Position numbers and translations under genes: made by a program
The notes under the pieces: generated by a model
The model's input: the letters and a program-made list of their open reading frames with translations, nothing else
Database searches by the model: none
What the model was told of the DNA's origin: nothing
From: Sulfolobales archaeon
GTDB taxonomy: Archaea; Thermoproteota; Thermoprotei_A; Sulfolobales; AG1
Length of the DNA: 64,000 bases
NCBI GenBank assembly: GCA_038897115.1
Contig: JAWAXC010000001.1
Coordinates: forward strand, 20,313 to 84,312
Reading direction: 5' to 3'
Part shown: piece after piece, positions 18,819-28,943 of the stretch
Numbering within the stretch: the stretch's first letter is position 1
How the letters are laid out: every line of letters begins with the position of its first letter

Positions 18819-19831
18819 CAGCCCCTCCTCCTAGGAATCTCCACACCGCTTGGGAGCCTAACCCTTGGCAGTCTGCTCTCTATCCATCCCCTCTGAGGCT
18901 CGAGCCACTCTGGGAGTACGAGATCGCTTCCAAGCATCTCAGGAGGCTCGTCAACGCTGAAGCCAGGGCCTGAGGTGGCTATCTCGTATAGCACGTAACC
19001 AGGCTCTCTGAAGTAGATTGATTTAAACCACTTCCTATCAATAACAGGGGTTACTCTGAAACCTAGCCTCAGCAGTCTCTCCCTAAACACGGCTTGATCC
19101 TCTTTTGTGGCTGTGTTCCAAGCAATATGGTGAACAGATCCAGCACCAACATAGCCATAGTCAAGCCCTGGAGGGCAGAGAACATCTATCATAGCTCCAG
19201 AGCCTCCATCGCCAACCTCGTATCTAGCCCTGTGAAGACCCTCATAGACCTTTCTAAAGCCGAGAACATCCTCTAAAAACCACCCACTGTGCTTGCAACT
19301 AACAACAGTGATCTCTGCCTTGTGGAAGCCTCTGATGAAGTGCTCCCCAGGCACCGGGCTATCTCTCCATGGCTCAACAGGCTTTTGATCAGCATCTCTA
19401 TGGGCTACAAGGGCCAGGGGTAGGCCATCTGGATCTTCAAACTCAACCACTATACCATCATCCTCCCTCCTAGGCTCCCCAATCTTCACACCAGCATTCT
19501 TAAGCCTCTCAACCCAGTAATCCAGAGAATCCATTGGTATCGAGAAATAAACCCTCGAAGAAACACCATACCCCTGAACCCCTCTAGGAACCCCGGGATA
19601 GGGGAAGAACGTTAGATCAGTTCCAGGGGAGCCCTTAGCATCTGCGTAGAAGAAGTGATACACACCGGGATCATCCTGGTTAACGCTTATCTTCACAAGC
19701 CTTAAACCCAGCACACCCACATAGAAATCCAGGTTAGCCTGGGGATCACTTGCAAGGGCTGTTATATGGTGTATACCAAGCAACCTCACATTGCTTGAGA
19801 ACATAGATGACCACCAGATATAACTCCCCAC
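18818..19831 (-). CDS. VOC/glyoxalase-fold ring-cleaving dioxygenase (MhqO/MhqE-like)
   Basis: GIHHITALASDPQANLDFYVGVLGLRLVK is the typical N-terminal module. Two VOC repeats. Confidence 0.7.
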   Translation of the reverse strand: MGSYIWWSSMFSSNVRLLGIHHITALASDPQANLDFYVGVLGLRLVKISVNQDDPGVYHFFYADAKGSPGTDLTFFPYPGVPRGVQGYGVSSRVYFSIPMDSLDYWVERLKNAGVKIGEPRREDDGIVVEFEDPDGLPLALVAHRDADQKPVEPWRDSPVPGEHFIRGFHKAEITVVSCKHSGWFLEDVLGFRKVYEGLHRARYEVGDGGSGAMIDVLCPPGLDYGYVGAGSVHHIAWNTATKEDQAVFRERLLRLGFRVTPVIDRKWFKSIYFREPGYVLYEIATSGPGFSVDEPPEMLGSDLVLPEWLEPQRGWIESRLPRVRLPSGVEIPRRRG

Positions 19832-19989
19832 CCAGCTTATAAGGCTTTACAAAGTAAACTATATATAGATATTGTGAAGTATATGCAAAGAAGTAAAGCA
19901 TTAAGACTATATCTATCAACTCTCTCTATGTTTAGAGAGGATCGCTTTCACATGTAAAGCTATATTCCATCCCGAGGATCTCTAGGGCT

Positions 19990-20757
19990 CTAGCTATGCC
20001 CAGATATCCTTTCGATTATGCTTAGCATGAATCCTCTGAATGTTGGGCTCTCATATACTATTACCCTTACCCTATCGCCTAGACCCTTTTCAATTAGAGG
20101 TCTAGCGATTCTACTGCTCATAGCATGTGCCTCAATAGCTGTGTCCAGGCCATCTCTATATCCCCTGGCCATAGCCTCTGCCAGAAGCTCTGAGGCTGTC
20201 TGCGATGCTACTATGAAGCTTCTAACCCCCCTTTCAACTAGATGCCTTATCATCTCTATACTCTCTTCCCTCATTACTAGTCTATATATCTTTATATGAT
20301 CTATCTCTATACCCTCTAAAGCCCCTCCAAACCCTAGATCCAGCTTATCCGAGCTTAAAACAGCTATCCTGCCTCCAGGCCTTATTGCGGAGCCTATGAT
20401 GCTGACAGCTATACTGATCCTTTCAATAGGTGGGGTGAAGGATCTATAGCCATGGCTTTTAAGAATCTCAGCAGTGCCCTCGCCTATGGAGACGAGTAGC
20501 GAGCCTTCCCTATATAGGTTTTCCACAAACCCCCTACCTATATCGCTTGACATGAGGATCTTAACGGCGTTCTTGCTCGTGAATATAGCTGAGGAGTATC
20601 TCCTCCCAATGATGCTTGAGATCCTATCATCAAGATCCTCTATGGGTAGGGCGTCAAAACCCTCCACCAGGTGTAGTGAGAAGCCCTTATCATTGAATAG
20701 AGATCTCCACCTAGCCCATGTATCCCTTGTACCTATAAATGCTATCTCCCCACCCAT
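19990..20757 (-). CDS. hemD: uroporphyrinogen-III synthase
   Basis: AIFTSKNAVKIL, SIGEGTAEILKSHGY, FIVASQTASELL repeats typical of the two-lobed HemD. Heme-cluster context. Confidence 0.6.
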   Translation of the reverse strand: MGGEIAFIGTRDTWARWRSLFNDKGFSLHLVEGFDALPIEDLDDRISSIIGRRYSSAIFTSKNAVKILMSSDIGRGFVENLYREGSLLVSIGEGTAEILKSHGYRSFTPPIERISIAVSIIGSAIRPGGRIAVLSSDKLDLGFGGALEGIEIDHIKIYRLVMREESIEMIRHLVERGVRSFIVASQTASELLAEAMARGYRDGLDTAIEAHAMSSRIARPLIEKGLGDRVRVIVYESPTFRGFMLSIIERISGHS

Positions 20758-21707
20758 CTCTTCTCAGCCTCATCATAGAGCTCTATAATCTTGTTAACAG
20801 CCTCGAGATCCAGTGGACCCTTGTCAGGGGCTTCTGCGTACTCCCTAAGCTCCTCCTCAGATGTGGCTATAACGACTACGGAGGATACTGGTATGCTAGA
20901 TAGTATGAATCTAATAGCATTCTGCCCCGGGGTAGCCCCGTATCCTCTGAGGATAGGCTTCATAGCATCGTAGAGGTTGAATGCCCATTCAAGCCAAGCC
21001 CTATCCCTCAGAGATCTATGGTCCCTCAGGCTCTTAACACCCTCTCTATCGATCCTCTCGCTGAGGATCCCACCAGCATGTGGAACCCTAACCAAAACTC
21101 CTATACCCTTTTCACCAGCTGCACGGGCTATCTCCCTACCAGGCCTCTGCTCAAGAGCATTATAGACGAACTGGATAACCTCGACCTCGTTATGCTCTAT
21201 AGCCTCTAGAGCCTCTCTCAGAACATCCCTCTCAGGGCCTAGGGCTATGCCTACATGCTCGGCTAAGCCCCTCTCCACAATATTTCCGAGGGTTCTATAG
21301 AGCTGGGGTGATTTTAGAACCTCGAGGGGAGGGTTGTGGATCTGTATGATGTCGATCGGCTTCTTACCGATCCTCTCGATCGATTTCTTCACAGCGTACA
21401 CAATATACTCGGGATCATATCTCCTCTGAAGCCTCTCCCCGGGAGCGTATATATCATAGCCAACCTTAGTAGCAACTATTATCTCTCTAACACCATCTCC
21501 GAAGGCCCTTCTAAGGATCTCCTCGCCATAGCCCTTTCCATATACATCAGCTGTGTCGAAGAGGTTTATCCCTAGATCCCATGCTAGCCTCAAGATCTTT
21601 ATAGCATCCTCTACACCGATATCTCCATACATCCCTGTGACGCTATAGACCCCATAGGATATCTCTGAAACCTCTAGATCAGTTCTACCCAGCCTTCTAT
21701 ACCTCAT
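20742..21707 (-). CDS. aldo/keto reductase
   Basis: MRYRRLGRTDLEVSEISYG..., DTADVYGKGYGEE. Confidence 0.85.
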   Translation of the reverse strand: MRYRRLGRTDLEVSEISYGVYSVTGMYGDIGVEDAIKILRLAWDLGINLFDTADVYGKGYGEEILRRAFGDGVREIIVATKVGYDIYAPGERLQRRYDPEYIVYAVKKSIERIGKKPIDIIQIHNPPLEVLKSPQLYRTLGNIVERGLAEHVGIALGPERDVLREALEAIEHNEVEVIQFVYNALEQRPGREIARAAGEKGIGVLVRVPHAGGILSERIDREGVKSLRDHRSLRDRAWLEWAFNLYDAMKPILRGYGATPGQNAIRFILSSIPVSSVVVIATSEEELREYAEAPDKGPLDLEAVNKIIELYDEAEKRWVGR

Positions 21708-21716
21708 GGTAGAGCC

Positions 21717-22673
21717 CTACTCATTAGAATGTATACCTGGCTTGAGATTCTCGATACTATATAGGATCCTGTAGTCCTTATCACCAAGCATCTCCGAAGC
21801 CCTCCTAGCAACAGCCTCTATCTTGCTTCTATCATCTGCGTGAACCATGAAATAAGCCCTATACTCCCACTCACCGTTGAGGGGGATTCTATATACAACA
21901 TGGGTTGCCTCGGGGATCTCTCTAGCTATCCTCTCACAATCCTCCTCAGAGCCCTTGATAACAACCATGCCATCCCATGTGATCCCAACCCTCCTCCCCT
22001 CGAGAGTTGCTCCTATGTTTCTAAGAACCCTCTTCCTATATAGCTCCTTGATTAGGTTGACAAGCTCATCCTCTCTATAGCCGTATCTCTCGGCAACATC
22101 TCTATATGGCCTCTCCACAACGGGGATCCATCTGGATAGCTGTGAGAAGGGCTCTTTATCTATGCCGAGCTCCTCGAATGTGGGTATCGATTCTGGTAGG
22201 ATCTCTGGCTCTGACCATGATATGCCTCTCCAAAGATCGAATTTAACGGATAGCTTATACGTTCTCTTCCCTAGGAGGACTAGGTATTCCTCAACCCCCG
22301 ATGATCTTACGATCTCTTCAACGCTCCTCATAAGATCCTCAACGCTTCTCCTCTTAATCACGAACCATATATTATATCTCTCGTGGATTCTAACATAGTT
22401 ATGGGTAACATCAGGATCTCTTAAGAGGATCCTCCTAATAGCCTCCTTGCTAGATTCATCCAGGGCTCTAACAGCAACTAATGCAGCAACCTTTCCAGAG
22501 GCTCTATAGTTTATGTTAAAGCCTATCCTCTTGATCGTTAGGTTGGATCTCATCGCCTCAACCCTCTTCTTAAGATCCTGGAATGGGATGCCAAGCCTCT
22601 CGCTAATCTCTAGATAGGGTGTCTCGGTTAGTGGGAATCTATATTGGAGCTCCATCAAGATCTTCTTATCCAT
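21717..22673 (-). CDS. ahbAB: siroheme decarboxylase, fused AhbA/AhbB (NirDL-like, two Lrp/AsnC-type repeats)
   Basis: DKKILMELQYRFPLTETPYLEISERLGI and a second repeat PVVERPYRDVAERYGY. Start moved to MDKKIL so that it abuts the hemA stop. Confidence 0.65.
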   Translation of the reverse strand: MDKKILMELQYRFPLTETPYLEISERLGIPFQDLKKRVEAMRSNLTIKRIGFNINYRASGKVAALVAVRALDESSKEAIRRILLRDPDVTHNYVRIHERYNIWFVIKRRSVEDLMRSVEEIVRSSGVEEYLVLLGKRTYKLSVKFDLWRGISWSEPEILPESIPTFEELGIDKEPFSQLSRWIPVVERPYRDVAERYGYREDELVNLIKELYRKRVLRNIGATLEGRRVGITWDGMVVIKGSEEDCERIAREIPEATHVVYRIPLNGEWEYRAYFMVHADDRSKIEAVARRASEMLGDKDYRILYSIENLKPGIHSNE

Positions 22674-22674
22674 C

Positions 22675-23886
22675 TCATCCACCACGATCACCACCCCTGG
22701 GTGAACTCTCCCCAAGCAGATCTCCTAAAACACCTAAGGCCTTCTTCATTATAGAGCTTGTAACAAGATCTAGCAGCTCCCTCTCCCTATCCCCTAGATG
22801 GAGCCTCGTAACAGCCCTCTCGATCTCGCCCCTCCTTATGGATTCATATAGCCTTGCGAACCCCCCGAGATCTTCTCTCAGCTTCTCAATAATATACCTG
22901 GTATATAGCCTCTCAATATATATCTTCAAAACCCTCTCAAAATCTTCGAGGGCTTTATAAAGGTTTGGGAGGATCTTTTGGGATATCTCCTCAAGATCCT
23001 CCATCCATATATAGCGATGGCCGAGAGCCTCGATAGCCTCGGGATCTGTGTTCCTCGGTATGGCAACATCTATTACATAACCCGGTATATCGTGTATAGC
23101 TTTTCCACCCAGGATTGGCGTGCTGGAGGATACAGCTAGAAAGATAAGATCCCTTCCAGCTATAGCATCTCCAATCCTATCCATTGTATATGCCTTGCCC
23201 CTGGGGAAGAGCTTCGCTATGGCCTCGGCCCTGGCAAGGCTTCTACCAACTATGGTAGAGTCTGAGACTCCATATGTTGAGAGATACCTAGCTATCCTAC
23301 CCCCAACCTCTCCAGTCCCTATAACAGCTACCCTCATACCCTCTAGGTTTCCTAAAAGATGCTTTGCAGCTAATACGGAGAGTTCTGGGATTCCTGTGCC
23401 ACCATCTACACCAAGATCTCTTCTAATGCCTATGGAAAGCTCAGATGCTTCTCTGAAGATGTTGTAGAGCATTTTAGCCCCATAGGCTGTTTGGGGTGCT
23501 CTATCTAGTGCCTTTCTAACCTGGTCTAGAATATCTCTTTCGAATGGTGCCGGAGATTCGCTGCCTGAGAGAACTCTTAAAATATGCTCCACCAGCTCGA
23601 GACCAGCATATATCCTAGGATCTGCTGATGATGCTCTCGCTAATGCCTCGCCCACCTCGTGTGCATAGCTATATATCCTATCCCCTGGAGCAGCTATATA
23701 GATCTCCTGCCTCGAGCATGTATCGAGAACCACATACCCTATTGGCTGGCCCCTCTCCACTATCTCTGCAAGCTTCTTCGCAACCACCTCCCAGCCTCTC
23801 TTAGCCCTCTCTACATAGCTATAGCCGTGGATCTTCCTATTCACGGCTATAGCCATTATCTCAGGCTTTTGCATGGATCTCAACAA
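22675..23886 (-). CDS. hemA: glutamyl-tRNA reductase
   Basis: VLDTCSRQEIY catalytic-Cys motif. NAD-binding VIGTGEVG. Confidence 0.85.
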   Translation of the reverse strand: MLRSMQKPEIMAIAVNRKIHGYSYVERAKRGWEVVAKKLAEIVERGQPIGYVVLDTCSRQEIYIAAPGDRIYSYAHEVGEALARASSADPRIYAGLELVEHILRVLSGSESPAPFERDILDQVRKALDRAPQTAYGAKMLYNIFREASELSIGIRRDLGVDGGTGIPELSVLAAKHLLGNLEGMRVAVIGTGEVGGRIARYLSTYGVSDSTIVGRSLARAEAIAKLFPRGKAYTMDRIGDAIAGRDLIFLAVSSSTPILGGKAIHDIPGYVIDVAIPRNTDPEAIEALGHRYIWMEDLEEISQKILPNLYKALEDFERVLKIYIERLYTRYIIEKLREDLGGFARLYESIRRGEIERAVTRLHLGDRERELLDLVTSSIMKKALGVLGDLLGESSPRGGDRGG

Positions 23887-24574
23887 CCCTCCTGAGATCT
23901 ATATTGGCTCTAGACATAACGATCTCACAGAGTCTGTTCCACGCAGCCTCAACATCGCCCGAGGAGACGCTGGATCTGAATACGCTGTCTCTGAAAACCT
24001 CCCTGTGGATCTCGATCCTCAGATCCGAGGGTACTCCGAGGGCTTTTAAGGCTCTTTTCATCCTATATAGGAGATCCAACATGATGTGAAGATCCCTCTG
24101 AGAGTCTAGATACCTCTTCACCCTATCCCTAGCCTCCATAGCTACTAGAGAGCTCCTCCCATCTGTGTAGATAGCGAATCTAATGTCCCCAGAAGCCCCC
24201 TCTATACCCATGCCACACTGTGTTCTAGATGCGTCTCCTGCAAGTATATAGAGCTTTCTATTCCTCCTAGCAATATCTATAACCATATCGTCTATCTCCC
24301 TAGCATCTCCCAGTGCTGATATAACTATGTCGCACCACTCGATAGACCTCTCTAGAAGCTCTCGATCCGACGCGTCTCCCTCCACAAGCCTGAGCCTCTT
24401 ATTCTCCATAGCAAGCTGTGATAGCTCTGGTAGAAACTCCTTAGAGATAACAGTTACCTCGGCCCCTGCCTCGAGGAATCTCCTGGCCTTTTTATACCCC
24501 TCCTCCCCACCCCCTATAACCAGGATCCTCATACCCTCAACATCAACGAATATCGGTAGCTTCAGCAGGGCCAC
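23861..24574 (-). CDS. sirC: precorrin-2 dehydrogenase / sirohydrochlorin ferrochelatase (SirC / CysG N-domain type)
   Basis: ILVIGGGEEGYKKARRFLEAGAEVTVIS Rossmann signature. Confidence 0.75.
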   Translation of the reverse strand: MALLKLPIFVDVEGMRILVIGGGEEGYKKARRFLEAGAEVTVISKEFLPELSQLAMENKRLRLVEGDASDRELLERSIEWCDIVISALGDAREIDDMVIDIARRNRKLYILAGDASRTQCGMGIEGASGDIRFAIYTDGRSSLVAMEARDRVKRYLDSQRDLHIMLDLLYRMKRALKALGVPSDLRIEIHREVFRDSVFRSSVSSGDVEAAWNRLCEIVMSRANIDLRRVVEIHAKA

Positions 24575-24642
24575 CCTAGGCTATGGGGGACACTGCTTAT
24601 AAGACCTGTGTAACGCTCGATGGCTACACAGAGGATACAGCT

Positions 24643-24669
24643 GTAACCATGGGTAACCATATGTGGTTA
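24643..24669. promoter_or_regulatory. repeat/inverted-repeat motif in the divergent heme promoter region
   Basis: GTAACCAT occurs twice (24643, 24653). Inverted repeat TAACCA-tatg-TGGTTA at 24654-24669. A TATA-like cccttataac follows, about 30 nt before the hemB start. Confidence 0.3.
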
Positions 24670-24709
24670 GCAAACCCTTATAACTCTCCCCACTCTCTGA
24701 GCCGGGGTA

Positions 24710-25732
24710 GTGGTTGTGGCGAGGCCATATAGATATCCTGTTTCCAGGCCTAGGAGGCTTAGGAGGAGCAGCTCTATTAGGGATCTAGTTTCTCAGACGA
24801 GACTCTCTAGCGATAGCCTTGTCCAGCCCATCTTCGTTGACGAGGGTCTGACAAGCCCTAGAGCCCCTATAGAGTCTATGCCTGATCAATATAGATACTC
24901 AGTGGAAGGTGTTCTAGGCTTCGTTGGAGAGCTCCTAGAAGCGGGCGTTAGGGCTGTGCTTATCTTCGGTGTTCCATCTGAGAAGGATCCGATGGGTAAG
25001 AAGGCATATAGCAGTGATGGCCCCACCCAGAGGGCTGTTAGGAGTATTAAGAGGGAGTATGGCGATAGCGTTGTTGTTGCAACAGATGTGTGTCTCTGCT
25101 CCTACACAGATCATGGGCATTGTGGTGTAGTAGTTAAAAGGGGGTCTGGATATGTTGTTGATAATGATGAGACCCTCAAACTACTTGCTAGAATAGCTGT
25201 TAGCCATGCAGAGGCTGGGGCTGATATAGTTGCTCCATCTGCTATGATGGATGGCCAGGTTGGTGCTATAAGGAACGCTTTAGACTCAGAGGGATATACA
25301 GATGTAGCGATCATGTCCTACTCAGCTAAATACGCCTCAAGCCTCTACGGCCCATTCAGGATAGCTGCGTCCTCAAAGCCTCTCTTCGGCGATAGAAAGG
25401 GCTATCAAATGGATCCGAGGAATCTGTGGGAGGCTGTTAAAGAGGTTGAGATGGATCTTGCTGAGGGTGCTGATATAGTGATGGTCAAGCCAGGGCTATG
25501 GTATCTAGATGTTGTGAGGATTGTTAAGGATAGCTTTCCAGAGGTGCCTCTAGCAGTCTATAATGTGAGCGGTGAGTACCTAATGATCAAGGCTGCTGCC
25601 TCAAGCGGATATCTATCAGAGGATGAGGCAATATTAGAGAGCCTAGTTGCTATGAGGAGGGCTGGGGCGGATATAATAATAACATACTATGCCCTCAAAG
25701 CATCGAAGATCCTGTCTAGGGTGGCTAGGTAG
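24710..25732 (+). CDS. hemB: porphobilinogen synthase (ALA dehydratase)
   Basis: RPRRLR; Zn site DVCLCSYTDHGHCG; active-site lysines in YSAKYAS and MVKPG. Confidence 0.9.
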   Translation: MVVARPYRYPVSRPRRLRRSSSIRDLVSQTRLSSDSLVQPIFVDEGLTSPRAPIESMPDQYRYSVEGVLGFVGELLEAGVRAVLIFGVPSEKDPMGKKAYSSDGPTQRAVRSIKREYGDSVVVATDVCLCSYTDHGHCGVVVKRGSGYVVDNDETLKLLARIAVSHAEAGADIVAPSAMMDGQVGAIRNALDSEGYTDVAIMSYSAKYASSLYGPFRIAASSKPLFGDRKGYQMDPRNLWEAVKEVEMDLAEGADIVMVKPGLWYLDVVRIVKDSFPEVPLAVYNVSGEYLMIKAAASSGYLSEDEAILESLVAMRRAGADIIITYYALKASKILSRVAR

Positions 25733-27018
25733 TGGCTCGAGAGCTATATACAGAGGGCAGCAGGATCCTCTATGAGAGAGCTCTAAGGGTTATACCAGGA
25801 GGTGTGAATAGCCCTGTAAGGGCTTTCAAGCCATATCCAATCTTCATCTCAAGGGCAAAGGGGTCGAGGGTATATGATGTCGATGGAAATCAATATATAG
25901 ACTATGTTATGGGATATGGAGCCAATCTCTTCGGCCACTCACCCAGCTGGCTTGTCGATAGGATCTCGAGGATCCTGGGGGACGGGGTTCTATATGGAAT
26001 GCCAACAGAGGCTGAGGTTAGGCTGGCTGAGAAGCTAGTCTCTATCGTGCCTAATATAGAGATGGTCAGACTCGTCAACACAGGTACAGAAGCTACTATG
26101 AGTGCGATCAGGCTTGCGAGGGGATATACTGGGAGGGACTATATTGTGAAGTTCAGAGGATGCTTCCACGGATCCCATGACTATGTATTGGTATCACCTG
26201 GATCAGGAGCATCTGGAATCCCATCCCATCTAGGGGTTCTAAGGGATGCCGCGGCTAAGACCCTCGTGGTTGAGTATAACGATGTTGAGGGGCTTGAAAG
26301 GGTTATGAGGGTATATGGGGATTCTATAGCTGCCATAATAGTAGAGCCTGTAGCAGCCAATATGGGGCTCGTACCGCCGGAGCCAGGTTTCCTCGAGGCG
26401 TGTAGGGAGCTATGCGATAGATATGGCTGTCTATTGATATTCGATGAGGTTGTCACAGGCTTCAGAATATCGCCCGGAGGTGCCCAGAGGTATTTCGGGG
26501 TTAGAGCGGATATAGTTACTATGGGGAAGGCTCTGGGCTCTGGATTCCCCATAGCAGCCTACGCAGGTAGAAGGGATATTATGAGGCATATAGCCCCCGA
26601 GGGCAGGGTATACCAGGCTGGAACATATAGTGGGAACCCAGTCTCTGTTGCGGCTGCCCTTGCAACTCTAGAATATATAGAGGCTGAGGGTGATAGGATC
26701 TATAGCTGGCTTAGGAAGATAGCATCTGAGATAGAGGAGGAGGCGGAGAAGGTTATTAGCGAGAGGGGTTTGGAGGCCCATGTGAATAGGTTTGAGGGTA
26801 TGCTCCAGATCTTCATGGCTAGAGGCCCTGTTAAGAGCTATGTAGATGTCTCTAGAAGCGATTTGAAGAGATATGGAGAGCTCCATAGGGAGCTCATGAA
26901 AAGGGGTGTCTTCATACCACCATCCCAGATGGAGACCTGGTTCCCATCGTATGCACATACGGAGGAGGATCTAGGGGTTACGATAGAGGCTGTTAGGGAG
27001 AGTCTCAGGAGGATCTAA
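25732..27018 (+). CDS. hemL: glutamate-1-semialdehyde 2,1-aminomutase
   Basis: GGVNSPVRAF, PLP-lysine region MGKALGSGFP, AGTYSGNP. Confidence 0.9.
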   Translation: MARELYTEGSRILYERALRVIPGGVNSPVRAFKPYPIFISRAKGSRVYDVDGNQYIDYVMGYGANLFGHSPSWLVDRISRILGDGVLYGMPTEAEVRLAEKLVSIVPNIEMVRLVNTGTEATMSAIRLARGYTGRDYIVKFRGCFHGSHDYVLVSPGSGASGIPSHLGVLRDAAAKTLVVEYNDVEGLERVMRVYGDSIAAIIVEPVAANMGLVPPEPGFLEACRELCDRYGCLLIFDEVVTGFRISPGGAQRYFGVRADIVTMGKALGSGFPIAAYAGRRDIMRHIAPEGRVYQAGTYSGNPVSVAAALATLEYIEAEGDRIYSWLRKIASEIEEEAEKVISERGLEAHVNRFEGMLQIFMARGPVKSYVDVSRSDLKRYGELHRELMKRGVFIPPSQMETWFPSYAHTEEDLGVTIEAVRESLRRI

Positions 27019-27019
27019 C

Positions 27020-27952
27020 ATGCTTCTGAGGATAGGTACTAGGGGGAGTAGCCTTGCGGTTAAACAAACGCTAGAGGTTGTAGATGCCATTAAAAGGGTA
27101 TATAGTGGTGTTGAGTTCGAGCTTGTGAAGATCAGAACCAGGGGGGATGCTGAGGGCTCGCCTAGGAGAATAGCAGAGCCCGGGATCTTCACAAAAGAGA
27201 TAGATCTAGAGCTTATCAGGGGGAACATAGATCTTGCTGTGCACTCCCTCAAGGACTATCCAACAAAGATCCCTGAGGGGCTGGAGATAACTGCGATCCC
27301 TAGGAGAGCATCTAGGAGGGATGCGATTATACCTGGATCATATAGATCTCTTAGGGAGATCCCCAGCGGCTCTATAATAGGGACTAGCAGTATGAGGAGA
27401 ATATCCCATATCCTCTACCATAGGAGGGATCTAAGGGTTAGGAGGATCAGGGGTAATGTTGATACTAGGATAAGGAAGGTTGGTGTTGATGTAGATATAG
27501 CTATATTAGCCGAGGCTGGGCTTCAGAGGCTTGGTTTTGAGGAGTACACCCCGCTAGATCCAAGTGTGATCACTCCCCAGGCTGGGCAGGGCGCATTAGC
27601 CGTGGTTGCTAGAACCGGCTCAACAGCCTCTAAGATCGCGTCCCTCATAGATGATCCCGTTTCAAGGCTCGAAGCCTCTGTGGAGAGGGGCTTCATATCC
27701 CTCCTAGGAGTTGGCTGTAGAGCCCCCATTGGGGTTACAGCAATAGCTGTTGGATCGTCTGTGAGGGTTATAGCATCCCTTGTATCGCCGGACTATACCC
27801 ATAGAATATATATAGATAGGTTCTACGATAGCCTGAAGGCTGGGGATATTGTTGAGAAGGTTATGAGGGAGTTCGAGGCTCTAGGGGGTTTGGAGCTTGT
27901 GAGAGAGTGGGAGAGGGTCTCCAGCGGTCAGGGGGATCTGGATGGAGATTGA
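27020..27952 (+). CDS. hemC: hydroxymethylbilane synthase (porphobilinogen deaminase)
   Basis: IGTRGSSLAVKQT; cofactor cysteine in GVGCRAPIG. Confidence 0.9.
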   Translation: MLLRIGTRGSSLAVKQTLEVVDAIKRVYSGVEFELVKIRTRGDAEGSPRRIAEPGIFTKEIDLELIRGNIDLAVHSLKDYPTKIPEGLEITAIPRRASRRDAIIPGSYRSLREIPSGSIIGTSSMRRISHILYHRRDLRVRRIRGNVDTRIRKVGVDVDIAILAEAGLQRLGFEEYTPLDPSVITPQAGQGALAVVARTGSTASKIASLIDDPVSRLEASVERGFISLLGVGCRAPIGVTAIAVGSSVRVIASLVSPDYTHRIYIDRFYDSLKAGDIVEKVMREFEALGGLELVREWERVSSGQGDLDGD

Positions 27953-28745
27953 ATATAGAGAGGATCTAGGGTGCAGATCGCCTGGGAAGGTATATCTAGT
28001 CGGCGCAGGCCCAGGAGATCCAGGGCTCCTCACCCTCAAGGGTTTAGAGGCTATCTCGAGGGCAGATGTTATCCTCGTGGATAGATTAGTTCCGAAGGAG
28101 ATCCTGGGGTATGCGAGGCAGGGGGCTGAGATCATATATGTTGGGAAGGAGCCTGGGCACCATAGCTATAGCCAGGATGAGATCAACAGGATCATGGTTG
28201 AAAAGGCTATGGAGGGTAAGATAGTTGTTAGGCTGAAGGGGGGAGATCCAATAGTATTTGGGAGAGGAGGAGAGGAGATGGAGGCTCTGAAAGAGGCAGG
28301 GGTATGCTATGAAGTGGTTCCAGGGGTATCCTCGATATATGCTGTGCCAGCATATGCTGGGATACCTATAACACATAGAAGGATATCATCATCAGTAGCG
28401 ATCACAACAGGTAGGGAGGCAGAGGATAAGGGGGAGAAGAGGGTAGATCTTAAGGCCATGGCTAGAGTCGTCGACACTATAGTAATCCTCATGGGGATCT
28501 CGAGAGCAGGAGAAATATCGAGAGAACTAATAGAGGGAGGGCTACCACCTAAAACACCTGTAGCCGTGATCGAAAACGGAACCACAGAAGATCAGAGGAT
28601 CCTTATAACAAGTCTAGAGAAAATGCAGAGAGAAATAGAGAAACACGGGTTCAAAAACCCCGCAGTGATCATAATAGGAGAGGTAGCCCTCCTAGCTAGA
28701 AAACTATGTTGGTATAAATGCGACAAAATATTAGAAGAGCTCTAA
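27942..28745 (+). CDS. cobA: uroporphyrinogen-III C-methyltransferase (SUMT)
   Basis: VYLVGAGPGDPGLLTLKG, VVRLKGGDP. Confidence 0.9.
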   Translation: MEIEYREDLGCRSPGKVYLVGAGPGDPGLLTLKGLEAISRADVILVDRLVPKEILGYARQGAEIIYVGKEPGHHSYSQDEINRIMVEKAMEGKIVVRLKGGDPIVFGRGGEEMEALKEAGVCYEVVPGVSSIYAVPAYAGIPITHRRISSSVAITTGREAEDKGEKRVDLKAMARVVDTIVILMGISRAGEISRELIEGGLPPKTPVAVIENGTTEDQRILITSLEKMQREIEKHGFKNPAVIIIGEVALLARKLCWYKCDKILEEL

Positions 28746-28806
28746 CCTTGCCCACCCGGAGAGGGATAAGAACCTCAGATCCGTGATGAGGCTATTACAT
28801 CTAAAA

Positions 28807-28840
28807 AACCTTGCCCCTTTAGTGCGGGGGGAGAAGCCGG
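28807..28840 (+). repeat. IS-end-like imperfect palindrome
   Basis: AACCTTGCCCCTTTAGTGCGGGGGGAGAAGCCGG. Confidence 0.4.
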
Positions 28841-28943
28841 TCTTTTAAGGGGAAAATGCTTTCATGTAAAGGCTATAATATTAAAAATAATATTTATCAG
28901 CTAACTCTAATCACATATTGAGAGGGATGAGGAGGCACGGTAT

